Source of the DNA: an uncultured Actinomycetes bacterium
GTDB lineage: Bacteria; Actinomycetota; Thermoleophilia; RBG-16-64-13
DNA: 64,000 nucleotides
Direction: 5' to 3'
Assembly: GCA_963809395.1 (NCBI GenBank)
Contig: CAWEJM010000018.1
Coordinates: forward strand, 64,275 to 128,274
The translations under genes were made by a program, and so were the position numbers. The notes beneath the pieces are model-generated. The model was not told where the DNA came from and made no database searches. It saw only the letters and a program-made list of their open reading frames with translations. Shown in pieces: positions 11,191-20,575 of the stretch (positions are counted from its first letter, which is position 1; the number at the start of each line of letters is the position of its first letter).

Positions 11191-11520
11191 GTGAGCAACG
11201 GCATGAACAGCGAGACGCCCCGCACCGTCGTTCCCCAGATCTTCTGTCGCTCGTGCGCGTCGCCGCTCATGCAGGCTGCCGACTGGTCGCGGGAAGATGA
11301 GTCTCGTTGGAGGGTCCGCCTCTGGTGCCCGGAATGCGGACTCGAACAGACGGCTCTTCTCGACCAGCCGCAGGTGACCTACCTGTCGTTGGCCGTCGAG
11401 GAGGGGTTTGCCCGCATGCTGGAAGCGCTGGCCGAGTTCGACGCTCTATCTCCGAAAGACGCGGGTCTGGATCTCGTCGAGAGAGCCCGGTTGGAGCGCA
11501 TCGAACCCAGCGGCGCCTGA
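11191..11520 (+). CDS. Hypothetical protein with a CxxC...CxxC zinc-ribbon signature
   Basis: Intact ORF of 109 aa containing CRSCASP...CPECGL. No family recognised. Confidence 0.5.
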   Translation: MSNGMNSETPRTVVPQIFCRSCASPLMQAADWSREDESRWRVRLWCPECGLEQTALLDQPQVTYLSLAVEEGFARMLEALAEFDALSPKDAGLDLVERARLERIEPSGA

Positions 11521-11575
11521 GCCGGCTGCCTACGCTATCCTTGACGGAACACACCTCCCGCCAAGGAGCCCCGCC

Positions 11576-11971
11576 ATGGATATGGAAGTCTACTTTCCTG
11601 GGAACAAGAAGGTCCACGCCCGCTACAAGGGATTCGTGGTCGAGACCGACCAGCCCACCGGAGCCGGCGGCGACGGCACGGCGCCCGGTCCCTTCGATCT
11701 GTTCCTGATCTCGATAGGGACGTGCGCCGGATTCTACGTGCTGAGCTTCCTGCAGGAGCGCGATCTGCCTACTGAAGGGGCCGGGCTCGTCCTCCGCACC
11801 GAGCGCGATCGCGAGACGAAGCTCATCACGAAGATATCCCTGGAGATCAAGCTGCCCGCTGGTTTTCCCGAGAAGTATCGCGACGCGGTGATCCGGGCTG
11901 CCGAGCACTGCACTGTCAAGCGGCACCTCGATCATCCGCCGGCCTTCGAGACCTATACAACCACGGTCTGA
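11576..11971 (+). CDS. OsmC/Ohr-family peroxiredoxin-like protein
   Basis: From ATG 11576, in frame within ORF 11408..11971: AGGDGTAPGPFDLFLISIGTCAGFYVLSF...AEHCTVKRHL, the typical OsmC pattern with two conserved Cys. Confidence 0.75.
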   Translation: MDMEVYFPGNKKVHARYKGFVVETDQPTGAGGDGTAPGPFDLFLISIGTCAGFYVLSFLQERDLPTEGAGLVLRTERDRETKLITKISLEIKLPAGFPEKYRDAVIRAAEHCTVKRHLDHPPAFETYTTTV

Positions 11972-12039
11972 GCCCCCGGCGGTGGAGCGGTAGCTGGAGC
12001 CGGTGAGCGGCGGCCGCGGCGCTTGAGCGGCGGGCGCGT

Positions 12040-12555
12040 CTAGCGCTCGTCCCAGCCGATCAGATCGGGCGCGTCTTGCCGGCGGGAGAGGTGCAAGAGC
12101 GCATCCTTGTACTTCGAATGCCGTAGCCCGAGGATCTCGCCCACCAACTGCAGGAAGCGCCAGAGATCGACGCTGACCGCGTCAGACGTGGAATCGAGGC
12201 AGACCTCTCCTCCCGCGATGGTCCCGCCTTCATGCTGCTTGACCGCGTGGAAGACGGTCTTGCTGAGGATCATGTCTATGGAAAGATCCATGCCCTGTTC
12301 GTCGAGGCTCTTGATGAGATCGCCCCCGTCGGAGATACGGACCGGCCTCACAGCGGATGCGCCGGGCACGACATCCGGACCAGGCCCCGGACCCGGGGTC
12401 AACTGGACCACCACCGGCCCCCGACGTCCGGGATAGCGAAAGGGAGTCTCGGCGCGAAGACGTTCCCCGGCCGCTAGGCGCGCGCGCAGCCGAGGATCGC
12501 CGGCCAGGAGCCGGATCAGATCCGAGCGGCTCAGATCGTGGATCTCGGCGACCAC
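12040..12555 (-). CDS. Hypothetical protein
   Basis: Intact ORF of 171 aa with coding-like composition. No motif that I can name with confidence. Confidence 0.45.
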   Translation of the reverse strand: MVAEIHDLSRSDLIRLLAGDPRLRARLAAGERLRAETPFRYPGRRGPVVVQLTPGPGPGPDVVPGASAVRPVRISDGGDLIKSLDEQGMDLSIDMILSKTVFHAVKQHEGGTIAGGEVCLDSTSDAVSVDLWRFLQLVGEILGLRHSKYKDALLHLSRRQDAPDLIGWDER

Positions 12556-12562
12556 GCGGCCG

Positions 12563-13009
12563 CTACTCTAGGATGCCGCGGGCGGCGCGACGTCGTCGCC
12601 CTGGAGTGGGTCGGCCCCGTTGTCGGCCGCGGCGGCTGCCGCCATCGGCCGCGGCGCCCGGCGGCGTCGGCCGGTCCAGCGGGCGGCTCCGTCGGCGCCG
12701 GCGTCGGCAGGTCCGGCGCGTCGGCGCGGCGCCGCGCGCGCCCTGGGCCCTCGCCGCCGCCTCGGCGCGGGCCTGCAGGAGCTGGTCTTCGAGCCGGGAG
12801 AGGTCGTCGAGGATCCTTTGGCGCACCGCCTGATCTACCTCGCGGCCCCGATAGAAATCGAACACGAGATACCCGAGCTTCTTGGCCAGGCCGTCCATCT
12901 GCATCTCTATCTGCAGTTCCCCGACCTTGGTCTTCCCTTTTTCGAAGGCCTTCTCCGCCTCTTTGGCAGCCCGCTCGGCTCCCGCGGTCAGTTTGTCCAT
13001 GATCCCCAT
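12563..13009 (-). CDS. Hypothetical coiled-coil protein; C-terminal part uncertain
   Basis: From ATG 13009: MGIMDKLTAGAERAAKEAEKAFEKGKTKVGELQIEMQMDGLAKKLGYLVFDFYRGREVDQAVRQRILDDLSRLEDQLLQARAEAAA. The Arg-rich tail looks out of frame. Confidence 0.45.
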   Translation of the reverse strand: MGIMDKLTAGAERAAKEAEKAFEKGKTKVGELQIEMQMDGLAKKLGYLVFDFYRGREVDQAVRQRILDDLSRLEDQLLQARAEAAARAQGARGAAPTRRTCRRRRRRSRPLDRPTPPGAAADGGSRRGRQRGRPTPGRRRRAARGILE

Positions 13010-13088
13010 GAGCTCACCTTCCTTCTCTTCGGCCGGCCGGGCGACCCGGGCGGCACTTGCGTTTCCTACGACTATCGACCCCGGGCGA

Positions 13089-13481
13089 TCAGGGCGCCAT
13101 CTCCTCCACGTGGTATTTGTCGCCTTCGAGACGCACCTGAAAGTCGCCCTGCCAAACGACATCGGGCTTGGGCTCGCCACGCTTGTCCCGCGGATGCACC
13201 TGCAAGGTCATCCTGACGCCGTCCTTCAGGTAGCCCGCCGGAGCGTAGCAGTAGAAGCTGCTCTCGGGATCCTTGTCCCACTGGCGCAACGAGGCAACCG
13301 CCCCGGGCACCTCCGCCGGTACTCCGTCGAGCAGGCATCCGGCTGTCAGGTCTTTGGCCCACTCTTCTCCTGGATCCGGCACGACATGAAAATTGATTTC
13401 GGCTCCAACCCAGCTGGTGTTCTCGACGTCGAGCGCGTCAACGAGTCGCTCGATCGTGGGTTTACCGACAACCTTCGCCAT
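13089..13481 (-). CDS. Hypothetical protein
   Basis: Intact ORF of 130 aa (MAKVVGKPTIERLVDALDVEN...). No recognisable family. Confidence 0.45.
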   Translation of the reverse strand: MAKVVGKPTIERLVDALDVENTSWVGAEINFHVVPDPGEEWAKDLTAGCLLDGVPAEVPGAVASLRQWDKDPESSFYCYAPAGYLKDGVRMTLQVHPRDKRGEPKPDVVWQGDFQVRLEGDKYHVEEMAP

Positions 13482-13591
13482 CGAAAGACTCCCCTTTCTT
13501 GCTCAGAAGACGATCATCGCAATTAGGGTACCCAGAACCATCATCCGCTAGGCTTTCTCGTCGTCCTCGATCGAAGCGGCGCCGGACCACG

Positions 13592-15065
13592 ATGCTATCA
13601 TTCGAGGAACGCGCATCACTCTTCCCCGGACCCGAGGAGAGACGTTTGGAGACCGTGGTCCCGTTTCGCCCGTGGCGCTACGCCCCCACGGCCGGTGAGC
13701 TGACCCAGTTGGTCGCTCCGCCGTACGACGTCATCGGACCCGACCTGCAGTCCCGCCTCTACGCCCGCAGCCGGCACAACGTGGTGCGCGTGGACCTGGG
13801 CATGACCACGCCCAGCGACAACGAGTGCGACGACCGGTACACCCGCGCCGCCGCCCAGCTCGCGCAGTGGAAAGAGAGCGGCATCCTGGTGCGCGATGCC
13901 GACCCGTCGATCACCTTCGTGGAGGAGAGCTTCACCGGCCCCGACGGCCGCGCCTCCATCCGTCACGGCTTCCTGGCTCTGATGCGGCTCTACGATTTCG
14001 ACGAGGGCGTCGTCTTCCCGCACGAGTACACGCTCGCCGGACCCAAGGAGGATCGCTACCGCCTCATGACGGCCACCGAGATGAGCCTCAGCCCGGTCTT
14101 CCTGCTGTACGACCTGCCGGGCGACGAGATCACCACTGCCTGGAAGGCCGGCCCGGGCGCCCAGGCGCCGGCCGCGACCGTCTCCGGCGAGGAGGGCACG
14201 GTCATAAAGCTGTGGCCCACCTCCGACCCCGCCCTGCTTGGAGATGGTGGGGCAAAATCTGGCGGCTGCCCGTTTTGTCATCGCCGACGGCCATCATCGG
14301 TACGAGACGGCCCTGCGCTACCAGAAACACCGGCGGGAAGAGGTCGACGGAGAGCGCGGCGCCCGTGTCGAGGGCGACGCTCGTGTCGAGGCGCCGATGC
14401 GCCTCGACGGGGCAACCCCTGGCCTCCGACTATCTGTTGGCCTACTTCGGCAACATGTCCGACCCGGGGCTGGCCATCTACGGCACCCATCGCCTGATCG
14501 CCGGCATCGACCCGGATATCGTGGCGGCGCTGCCCCGGCTATTGGCGCCGACCTTCACGGTGGAACGGCTGACCGCCGGCCCGACCGGCCCGGGCGGCCG
14601 CCGCGCGGCCGTGCGACGCCGCCGCCGCCCAAGCCGCCATCGCCGCCTACCTCGCGGCCCATCCCCGGGGCGCCTTCGGCCTGTGGGGGCCGGGGCTTGA
14701 CGGGATCTACGGCCTGCTCCTCGCCGACCAAGCGGCCGCCCGAGCAGGCGGCGCCGGACCACAGCCCCGCCTACCAGGAGCTCGACGTCGCCATCCTGCA
14801 GAACCTGGTGTTGGAGAAGGTCCTCGGCATCACCCCCGGCGATATGGCAGCGGAAACGCACGTGACCTTTTTCAAAGATACCCAAGACGCGTTCGCCCGT
14901 CTGGAGACGGGCGAGTTCCAGGCAGGGTTCTTCATGAATCCCACCGGTCTGGACCAGATACGCCAGGTGGCTCTCGGAGGCGAGCGTATGCCCCAGAAGG
15001 CCACCTTCTTCTACCCCAAGTTGCCGACGGGGCTGGTGTTCCACGACCTGAGCGGCAGCATCTGA
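13592..15065 (+). CDS. DUF1015-family protein; 3-4 frame slips
   Basis: VVPFRPWRYAP...LVAPPYDVIGPD...HNVVRVDLG...GFLALMRLYDFDEGVVFPHEYTLAGPKEDRYRLM...SPVFLLYD (ORF 13499..14497). FVIADGHHRYETALRY (ORF 14238..15065). LLAYFGNMSDPGLAIYGTHRLI (ORF 13825..14700). C-terminus YQELDVAILQNLVLEKVLGI...MPQKATFFYPKLPTGLVFHDL. Confidence 0.75.
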
Positions 15066-15090
15066 ACCTCGAGACGAGAAGGAGTCGAGA

Positions 15091-15732
15091 ATGAAGATCG
15101 CTTTGATCGGAGCCACGGGTTTCGTGGGCTCGCACATCTTGGAGGAGGCACTCGACCGCAAGCACGAAGTGACCGCGATCGTGCGTCGGCCGGAGCGGCT
15201 GCCCGAGCGCGCCGGTCTGACGGCGAAGAAGGGTGACGCCCTCGACGTGACGCCTTGGCAGGTCTGCTGGCCGGTCACGAAGCCGTCATCGCCGCCTACA
15301 ATGCCGACAGAGATGCTGCCGACGTACTACGAGACCATAGTGGCCGGAGCCAAGGCCATCATCGCCGCCACCAAGAAGGCCGGGGTCAAGCGCCTGCTGG
15401 TAGTGGGCGGAGCCGGGAGCCTGGAGGTCGCCCCGGGCCAGCAGGTGATCGACCAGCCCGATTTCCCGGCGGCGTGGAAGGCGGGCGCAACGGGGACCCG
15501 GGAGTTCCTCTACCTGCTGCGGAAGGAGCCCGACCTCGACTGGACCTTCCTCAGCCCCGCGGCCATGCTGCAGCCGGGCGAGCGCACGGGGAAGTTCCGG
15601 TTGGGCGGCGACCAGCTGCTGACGGACGCCGAGGGCCAGTGCCGCATCTCGCTGCAGGACTACGCGGTGGCCATGATCGACGAACTGGAGGAGCCGCGGC
15701 ACATCCGGCAGCGCTTCTGCGTGGCTTACTGA
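15091..15732 (+). CDS. NAD(P)H-binding, NmrA/atypical-SDR-like oxidoreductase
   Basis: MKIALIGATGFVGSHILEEAL (Rossmann GxxGxxG)...VKRLLVVGGAGSL. A stretch of about 75 nt (15250-15325) reads better in the neighbouring frame (LAGLLAGHEAVIAAYNADRDAAD). Confidence 0.8.
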   Translation: MKIALIGATGFVGSHILEEALDRKHEVTAIVRRPERLPERAGLTAKKGDALDVTPWQVCWPVTKPSSPPTMPTEMLPTYYETIVAGAKAIIAATKKAGVKRLLVVGGAGSLEVAPGQQVIDQPDFPAAWKAGATGTREFLYLLRKEPDLDWTFLSPAAMLQPGERTGKFRLGGDQLLTDAEGQCRISLQDYAVAMIDELEEPRHIRQRFCVAY

Positions 15733-15760
15733 GCGCCCGGCGCAGGCCGGGGCCGGCGCG

Positions 15761-16537
15761 CTACGAGTCGGCGCCCACCTCGAAGGGCTCGATGTGAAGG
15801 GCGCGGCCGTCGTCGCCGATCTCCACCACCACCCCTTCCAGCCACACGTTGCCGGAGGCCACTTCGAAACGCACCGGTAGCTGAGTCAAGAACCGTTCGA
15901 GGACGAGTTCCTTCTTGACGCCGATGACAGAATCCCGCGGACCACACATCCCCGCGTCGGTGATGTAGGCGGTGCCCCCGGGCAGGATGTGAGCGTCGGC
16001 GGTGCGGACGTGGGTGTGGGTGCCGATCACCGCGCTCACCTGGCCGTCGAGATACCAGCCCATGGCCACTTTCTCGCTGGTGGCCTCGGCATGGAGATCG
16101 ACGATGACGTTACGCACCCCGTGGAGCTGTTCCAAAGCCTGGCCTATTGCCTCGAAAGGGGAGCGGGCCGGGTTGAGATAGAGCTGACCGCTGAGATTGA
16201 TCACTCCCAGGCGCCCGCCGGAGGTGTCGACGACGGTGACTCCGCGCCCCGGGCTCGAGTCGAGGAAGTTGAAGGGCCGGATGATGCGCGGCTGCTCGTC
16301 CAGGTAGCGATAGGAGTCGCGCTGCTTGTAGACGTGGTTGCCGGTGGTGATGACGTCCACCCCGGCACTGAGCAGCGCCTCGGCGTGGGCGGGCCTGATG
16401 CCCTTGCCGTCGGTGACGTTCTCGCCGTTGGCGATCACGGCGTCGGCGGCGTAGCGCTTGCGAAGCTCGGGCAGCTTGGCGATCAGCAGGTCGCGGCCCG
16501 GCTTGCCTATCACGTCGGCGAAGAATAGGACGATCAA
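15761..16537 (-). CDS. ymdB: YmdB-family metallophosphoesterase (2',3'-cyclic-nucleotide phosphodiesterase-like)
   Basis: TTG at 16537 with aggagg 6 nt upstream. LIVLFFADVIGKPGRDLL...VIANGENVTDGKGI...VDVITTGNHVY...IVDLHAEATSEK...AVIGTHTHVRTADAHILPGGTAYITDAGMCGP. Intact. Confidence 0.85.
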   Translation of the reverse strand: MIVLFFADVIGKPGRDLLIAKLPELRKRYAADAVIANGENVTDGKGIRPAHAEALLSAGVDVITTGNHVYKQRDSYRYLDEQPRIIRPFNFLDSSPGRGVTVVDTSGGRLGVINLSGQLYLNPARSPFEAIGQALEQLHGVRNVIVDLHAEATSEKVAMGWYLDGQVSAVIGTHTHVRTADAHILPGGTAYITDAGMCGPRDSVIGVKKELVLERFLTQLPVRFEVASGNVWLEGVVVEIGDDGRALHIEPFEVGADS

Positions 16538-16796
16538 AAAAGGCCTCCTGCCTGTATTGGCGGCGCACGGGGGCACGGTCTGGCCGGCGCCGGCGCCCGG
16601 GGGCGCGGACGTCCGCGCCCCGGAGAGTGTACCGCACGGGCGCTGGCGCCGCGCGACCAGCGGCGAAGCCCCATCGATCGCGCCGCCCGGCGCCCGCGCC
16701 GCGCCTGCCAATACCAGCCCTTGGTCTCATGGTTCACCGTTGGCGGCCCTCCTTAGCCTCGGACCATCGTGTCAAGCAGAGGCAAAGGAGGACATC

Positions 16797-18240
16797 ATGT
16801 TCCGACGTGATCTCTCGATGGCGCCTGTTCGGCGGCCTGTCGCCGGGCACGCGCCCGCCCGGTGGGCGGCCGCTCGGAGGCGGCAGCCCAAGCGGGCGCA
16901 GGAGCAGGCGCGCCGGCCGACGGCGGCGTCACAGCCTGGCGGCGCTGCTCAGTGCGGTGGCGGCCGTCGGCCTGTGCGCCGTGGCGGCCTGCGCGCTGTT
17001 CGTGCCCGGGTTCGTGCTCGGAGCCGGACCGGCGGCGATAGCACCCGCGTCGAGACGGCGCCCGACGGCGCGGCCCCGTCACCGGCGTGGCGGCGCCATC
17101 CGGACCGGCCCGGCGGCCCCAGCGGCCCCGGCAGCCGCCGGGCCCAGCCGCCCCTTCCGCCGATCGCCCGGTGCCCTCCGCGGGCTCTCTGCTCGTCACT
17201 CTGCCCTGGGGCAGCGGCGACGGCCAGGTGGGCCTGGAGGCACCCGGCGAAGGCCTGGCCCGCGGTCCCGAGGCGGTGGCGGTGGCGCCCGACGGCCGTA
17301 TCGCCATTCTCGATTCCGTCAACAAGCGAGTGGTGCTCCTGGATCCGACTGGAGCGTTCATGGCAGCCGCTCCGCTCGCGCTGGCCGAGCCGCGCTTCCT
17401 GGCCGTGGACGACGCCCGACTCTACGTGCTCGACTGCGACGCCGACCGCCAGATCGTCTCCCTCGACTGGAGCGGCGCGAGTCTGGGCGCCGCGGCGCTG
17501 CCCGAGCTGACCGATGTGGTCACCGGTCTCTTCGCCACCGACGTGGGACCGTGTGTGGAGGTCGCGCACGAGAGCGTCTTCGCGGTCGACATGACCGGAG
17601 TCGCAGCCGGCCTTCAGGCTGCCACGGCCGAGGCGCGAGCGGCGGTGGCGGCGTGCACCGGCGCCGACCTGCGCGCCGCAGCCGGTGGGGCGGCCAAGCC
17701 CATGCGAGCCGCGCTTCGCGCGCTCGCCGGGCGGCCGCTCGGAACCGACCTCGGTCGGGTGGCCAAGATCACCTTCAAACCCGGCAAGGGCCCAGAGATC
17801 AAGCTCTCCAAACTGGACAAGAAGAGCCTCAAGGCGTCGCAGACAACCCAGATGAGCCTCATCGTCGCCCCCGGACGGGCTATCGAGCACCTGGTCTCGG
17901 TGGACGGCGACGGCACGGGTGGGCTGATCGTCGGAGCCCGGCTCCTGGGCACGGGCTCGCAGGCCCCCGGACAGCCGTCGCTGTTGCTCACCCAGATACG
18001 CTCCGAGCGCGACCGTGCCTGGGAGCGTGAGCGCTGCCGCTGCCACCACCGCCGAACGGCGGCGCGCCGGCCGCCACGATACTCCTCACTGAATCGTCGT
18101 TCGCCTACCTCGGTCAGCCGTACGTTGTCGCCCCCGACGGCCGCGTCTACCAGCCGGTGGCCGACGAGGCCGGCTACAGCATCCTGGTGCATAGCTTCGC
18201 TTCCGCTACAACCGCCGATCCCGTGGAGGTGGGACGATGA
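16797..18240 (+). CDS. Hypothetical membrane-anchored protein (N-terminal basic region, one TM, extracytoplasmic domain); several frame slips
   Basis: RBS aaaggagg precedes ATG 16797. TM segment LAALLSAVAAVGLCAVAACALFVPGFVLGAG (ORF 16627..18030). Body in ORF 17087..18631 (LLVTLPWGSGDGQVGLEAPGEGLARGPEAVAVAPDGRIAILDSVNKRVVLLDP...). The last 70 aa were read by hand to TGA 18238-18240, overlapping the next start. Confidence 0.45.
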
Positions 18241-19257
18241 GACGGCACGCGACCAGAGCAGCCGCGTTCACCGGCAGGTCGGCGGCTGCGCCAACGGTCG
18301 CGGCGCTGGCGGCGGCCCTCGCGGCAGCTCTTGGTCTGACCCTCAGCCCCGCCGTGCCCGCCGCCCAGGCGGCCATCCCCAGCATGACCCGAGCGGAGAT
18401 CATCGCCCGGGCGGAGTCGGGCATCGGCACCTCGTATACCTGGGGCCGGGAGAGTTGGACGCCGAACCTCGGCGGAGGCCTGGGTCCCGGATTGCTCCGG
18501 GTTCGCCCTCAAGTGCTGGGAAGTGCCCAAGACCTTGCTGTACCAAGAGGAAGATGGGGAGAATGCTTCGATCTCCCCCCGCTACACCAGCTACGAGTTC
18601 TTCAACTGCCTGGGACCGTGGTCCCGGCTGAGCGACCGCTCCCTGCTGCGCGAGGGCGACGTGCTGGTCAAGAACGACGGCACCTCGGGACACGTGGTGA
18701 TCTACGCCGGCGGCGACGCGTGGAACTCACCCATCATCTACGAAGCTCCCGGCACCGGCATGACCGTGCGCCGGGTGAGTCGCTATCTGGGTAGCGAATA
18801 CGAGCCGCGGCGGCGGAGCTCCCTGATCGAGAGCGGGATCATTCTTGACAATCCCACGGCCAAGAGCATCGGCGGGGACGATCTCGGCGGAAACTGGAGT
18901 CGCTCCACCAGCACGCCTGGGTATTACGGCGACAACTATCAGGTAGCCACGGCCACCACAGCCACGAGCTGGGCTCGCTGGACGCCCCGGCTGCCGTCGG
19001 CCGGCTACTACAACGTCTACATGCGCTGGACCAGTGCCAGTAACCGGGCCTCGGGGGCCCAGGTGAACGTCAACACCGCCAGCGGATCGTACAAGCGCTA
19101 CGTCAACCAGAGGTTGAACGGGGGAGCGTGGTTCTTGCTCGGCCGCTACTACTTCGCCGCCGGCTACAGCACCGGGACGGGAAGCATCACCCTCTTCGCC
19201 ACCGGGGCCAACGGCTACGTGGTGGCCGACGCGGTGATGTTCGTGCCTACGCAGTAG
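18237..19257 (+). CDS. Secreted NlpC/P60-family peptidase with a C-terminal golvesin-like domain; one frame slip near 18485
   Basis: Signal peptide ...LSPAVPAAQAA. SYTWGRESW, then after the slip PDCSGFALKCWEVP (catalytic Cys motif), GDVLVKNDGTSGHVVIYAG. The C-terminus (GNWSRSTSTPGYYGDNYQVA...WTPRLPSAGYYNVYMRW...VNQRLNGGAWFLLGRYYF...VVADAVMFVPTQ) matches my recollection of the golvesin C-terminal pattern. Confidence 0.7.
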
Positions 19258-19301
19258 CGTTCTTGGCTCCAATAGGGCCCTTCAGACATGTGCGGTCCCG
19301 C
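19222..19301 (+). repeat. Left copy of an 80-bp colinear duplication (gene 3' end, stop codon and left terminator arm)
   Basis: gtggccgacgcggtgatgttcgtgcctacgcagtagcgttcttggct matches 22600-22646 at 42 of 47 positions. The 9-mer cggtcccgc recurs at the same offset (3378 bp) in both copies. Confidence 0.8.
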
Positions 19302-19327
19302 TCTCTCGGCGGGACCGCCGCTGTTTG
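19292..19327 (+). terminator. Rho-independent terminator of the NlpC/P60 gene
   Basis: gcggtcccgc (19292-19301), loop tctctcg, gcgggaccgc (19309-19318): a perfect 10-bp stem followed by cgctgtttg, 35 nt after the stop codon. Confidence 0.6.
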
Positions 19328-19502
19328 CCACGGTCGCCAGCCCAGAATGGCGTCCGACCCAACCGGGGACGCGTGGGGGCCCCATGATGAACCGGGGTTT
19401 GTTCAGTACGCCGCGACCCGGGCTTCAAATGAGCGGTCGACCTGCATTGCCCCACCAACTGAGCGGCTGTAGGATGAGGCCAGGGAGCCCGACCGCGAAT
19501 GA

Positions 19503-20279
19503 ATGGGGGCGAAGATGATCGACTCTGAGATCGAGGCCAAGCTGGAGGCGCTCGAGCGGGAACTTGAGCAGGCGCGGTCGAATAGAGACGATCCATACTG
19601 TTGCGCCCCCATCTACCGCCGGATCGGCAACATCGGAGTTCCGGCGACGGAGCTGCTGTTCCGTCTCCTGGAGGTTCGCCCCGAGGCCGCCTACGTCATC
19701 CGGCAACTGCGCAACATCGCGGAACGTGCGAAGGATCCGGTACTTGCGCGCCGCGTGCTTGAAGCCGTCATGCCGCACTACAAGCTGGATCGGATGGGCG
19801 TCATAGACACCGTCTCCTCCCTCGGACCCCAAATGAGCGACCCTCAGCTTCGTGATCGGATGGTCGAGTTGCTCGTACCCGTGACGAAGCTCAAAGACGA
19901 CCGCCCCGACAGCTTTGAGAATTCCCTCGCGGACAAAGCCCGCAAGGCGCTACAGAGAATGGGGGGCGTTTCAGCCCGACAGGCCTTGAAAGAGCCCACC
20001 GAGGAGTTCACGCTCCTATTGCACGAGGGATCTTCTGTTTCTTCGCCAGACTGGACGGTGTTCGTGCGAAACGGTCTCTTTTGGGCCGTGGATAAAAGCG
20101 GTGAGCGGACATATATCGGCAACCTTGACCAGTCCCGGATGAAGGTGTTCAAGCACGGCGGGGCACCGGCCAGGGGCAAGGGAACGTGCGTCGGCAGCCT
20201 GATCTCACGCTGGGGACGGTCCGGGTATTGTGTCGCCGAACGCCGATTCGAGGTGGAGGCCCCGTCGATCCCTGGCTAA
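19503..20279 (+). CDS. Hypothetical alpha-helical (HEAT-like) protein
   Basis: Intact ORF of 258 aa. N-terminal coiled coil EIEAKLEALERELEQARS, then helical repeats. Spot counts show lower GC than the flanks. An alternative start is ATG 19515. Confidence 0.5.
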   Translation: MGAKMIDSEIEAKLEALERELEQARSNRDDPYCCAPIYRRIGNIGVPATELLFRLLEVRPEAAYVIRQLRNIAERAKDPVLARRVLEAVMPHYKLDRMGVIDTVSSLGPQMSDPQLRDRMVELLVPVTKLKDDRPDSFENSLADKARKALQRMGGVSARQALKEPTEEFTLLLHEGSSVSSPDWTVFVRNGLFWAVDKSGERTYIGNLDQSRMKVFKHGGAPARGKGTCVGSLISRWGRSGYCVAERRFEVEAPSIPG

Positions 20280-20575
20280 AGGTGAGCCGGGGTAGGATCA
20301 TCCATCAAAACGATGAAGGCGACTACATTGCCGCCCACGATCTGGGCAGAGGCGAAGGTGGACCGGACGATCTGATCCTCGCAGCGGCTTTGCTGCTGAT
20401 CAAGACGGACAGGTGGCACGTATTCTTCTGACGATCGGTCATGTTTGCGAAAGCGCAATAGCGTCTGGGCCGCCCTGTACACCCGGAGGAACTCTTTACC
20501 GGCCAAATCGGGTGGTAGAGTGGGGGGAGAGGTGGGTGCCGAGACCGCGACCAGCGTGTGAAAGGGGAGCCACTC

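Noticed and set aside
16600-16621. A perfect 22-bp GC palindrome (ggggcgcggacgtccgcgcccc) in the 260-bp region between ymdB and the next gene, together with a partial inverted repeat (gtattggcggcgc / gccaatac) flanking it.
   Set aside because: There is no loop and no U-tract, so it is not a convincing terminator. No upstream gene would need one here, and short GC palindromes are expected in this composition. I left it unassigned.
19427-19437. The 11-mer caaatgagcgg is shared between 19427 and 22531, near both island borders, and could be an att core.
   Set aside because: An exact 11-mer match is expected many times by chance in 64 kb. The flanking sequence does not align.
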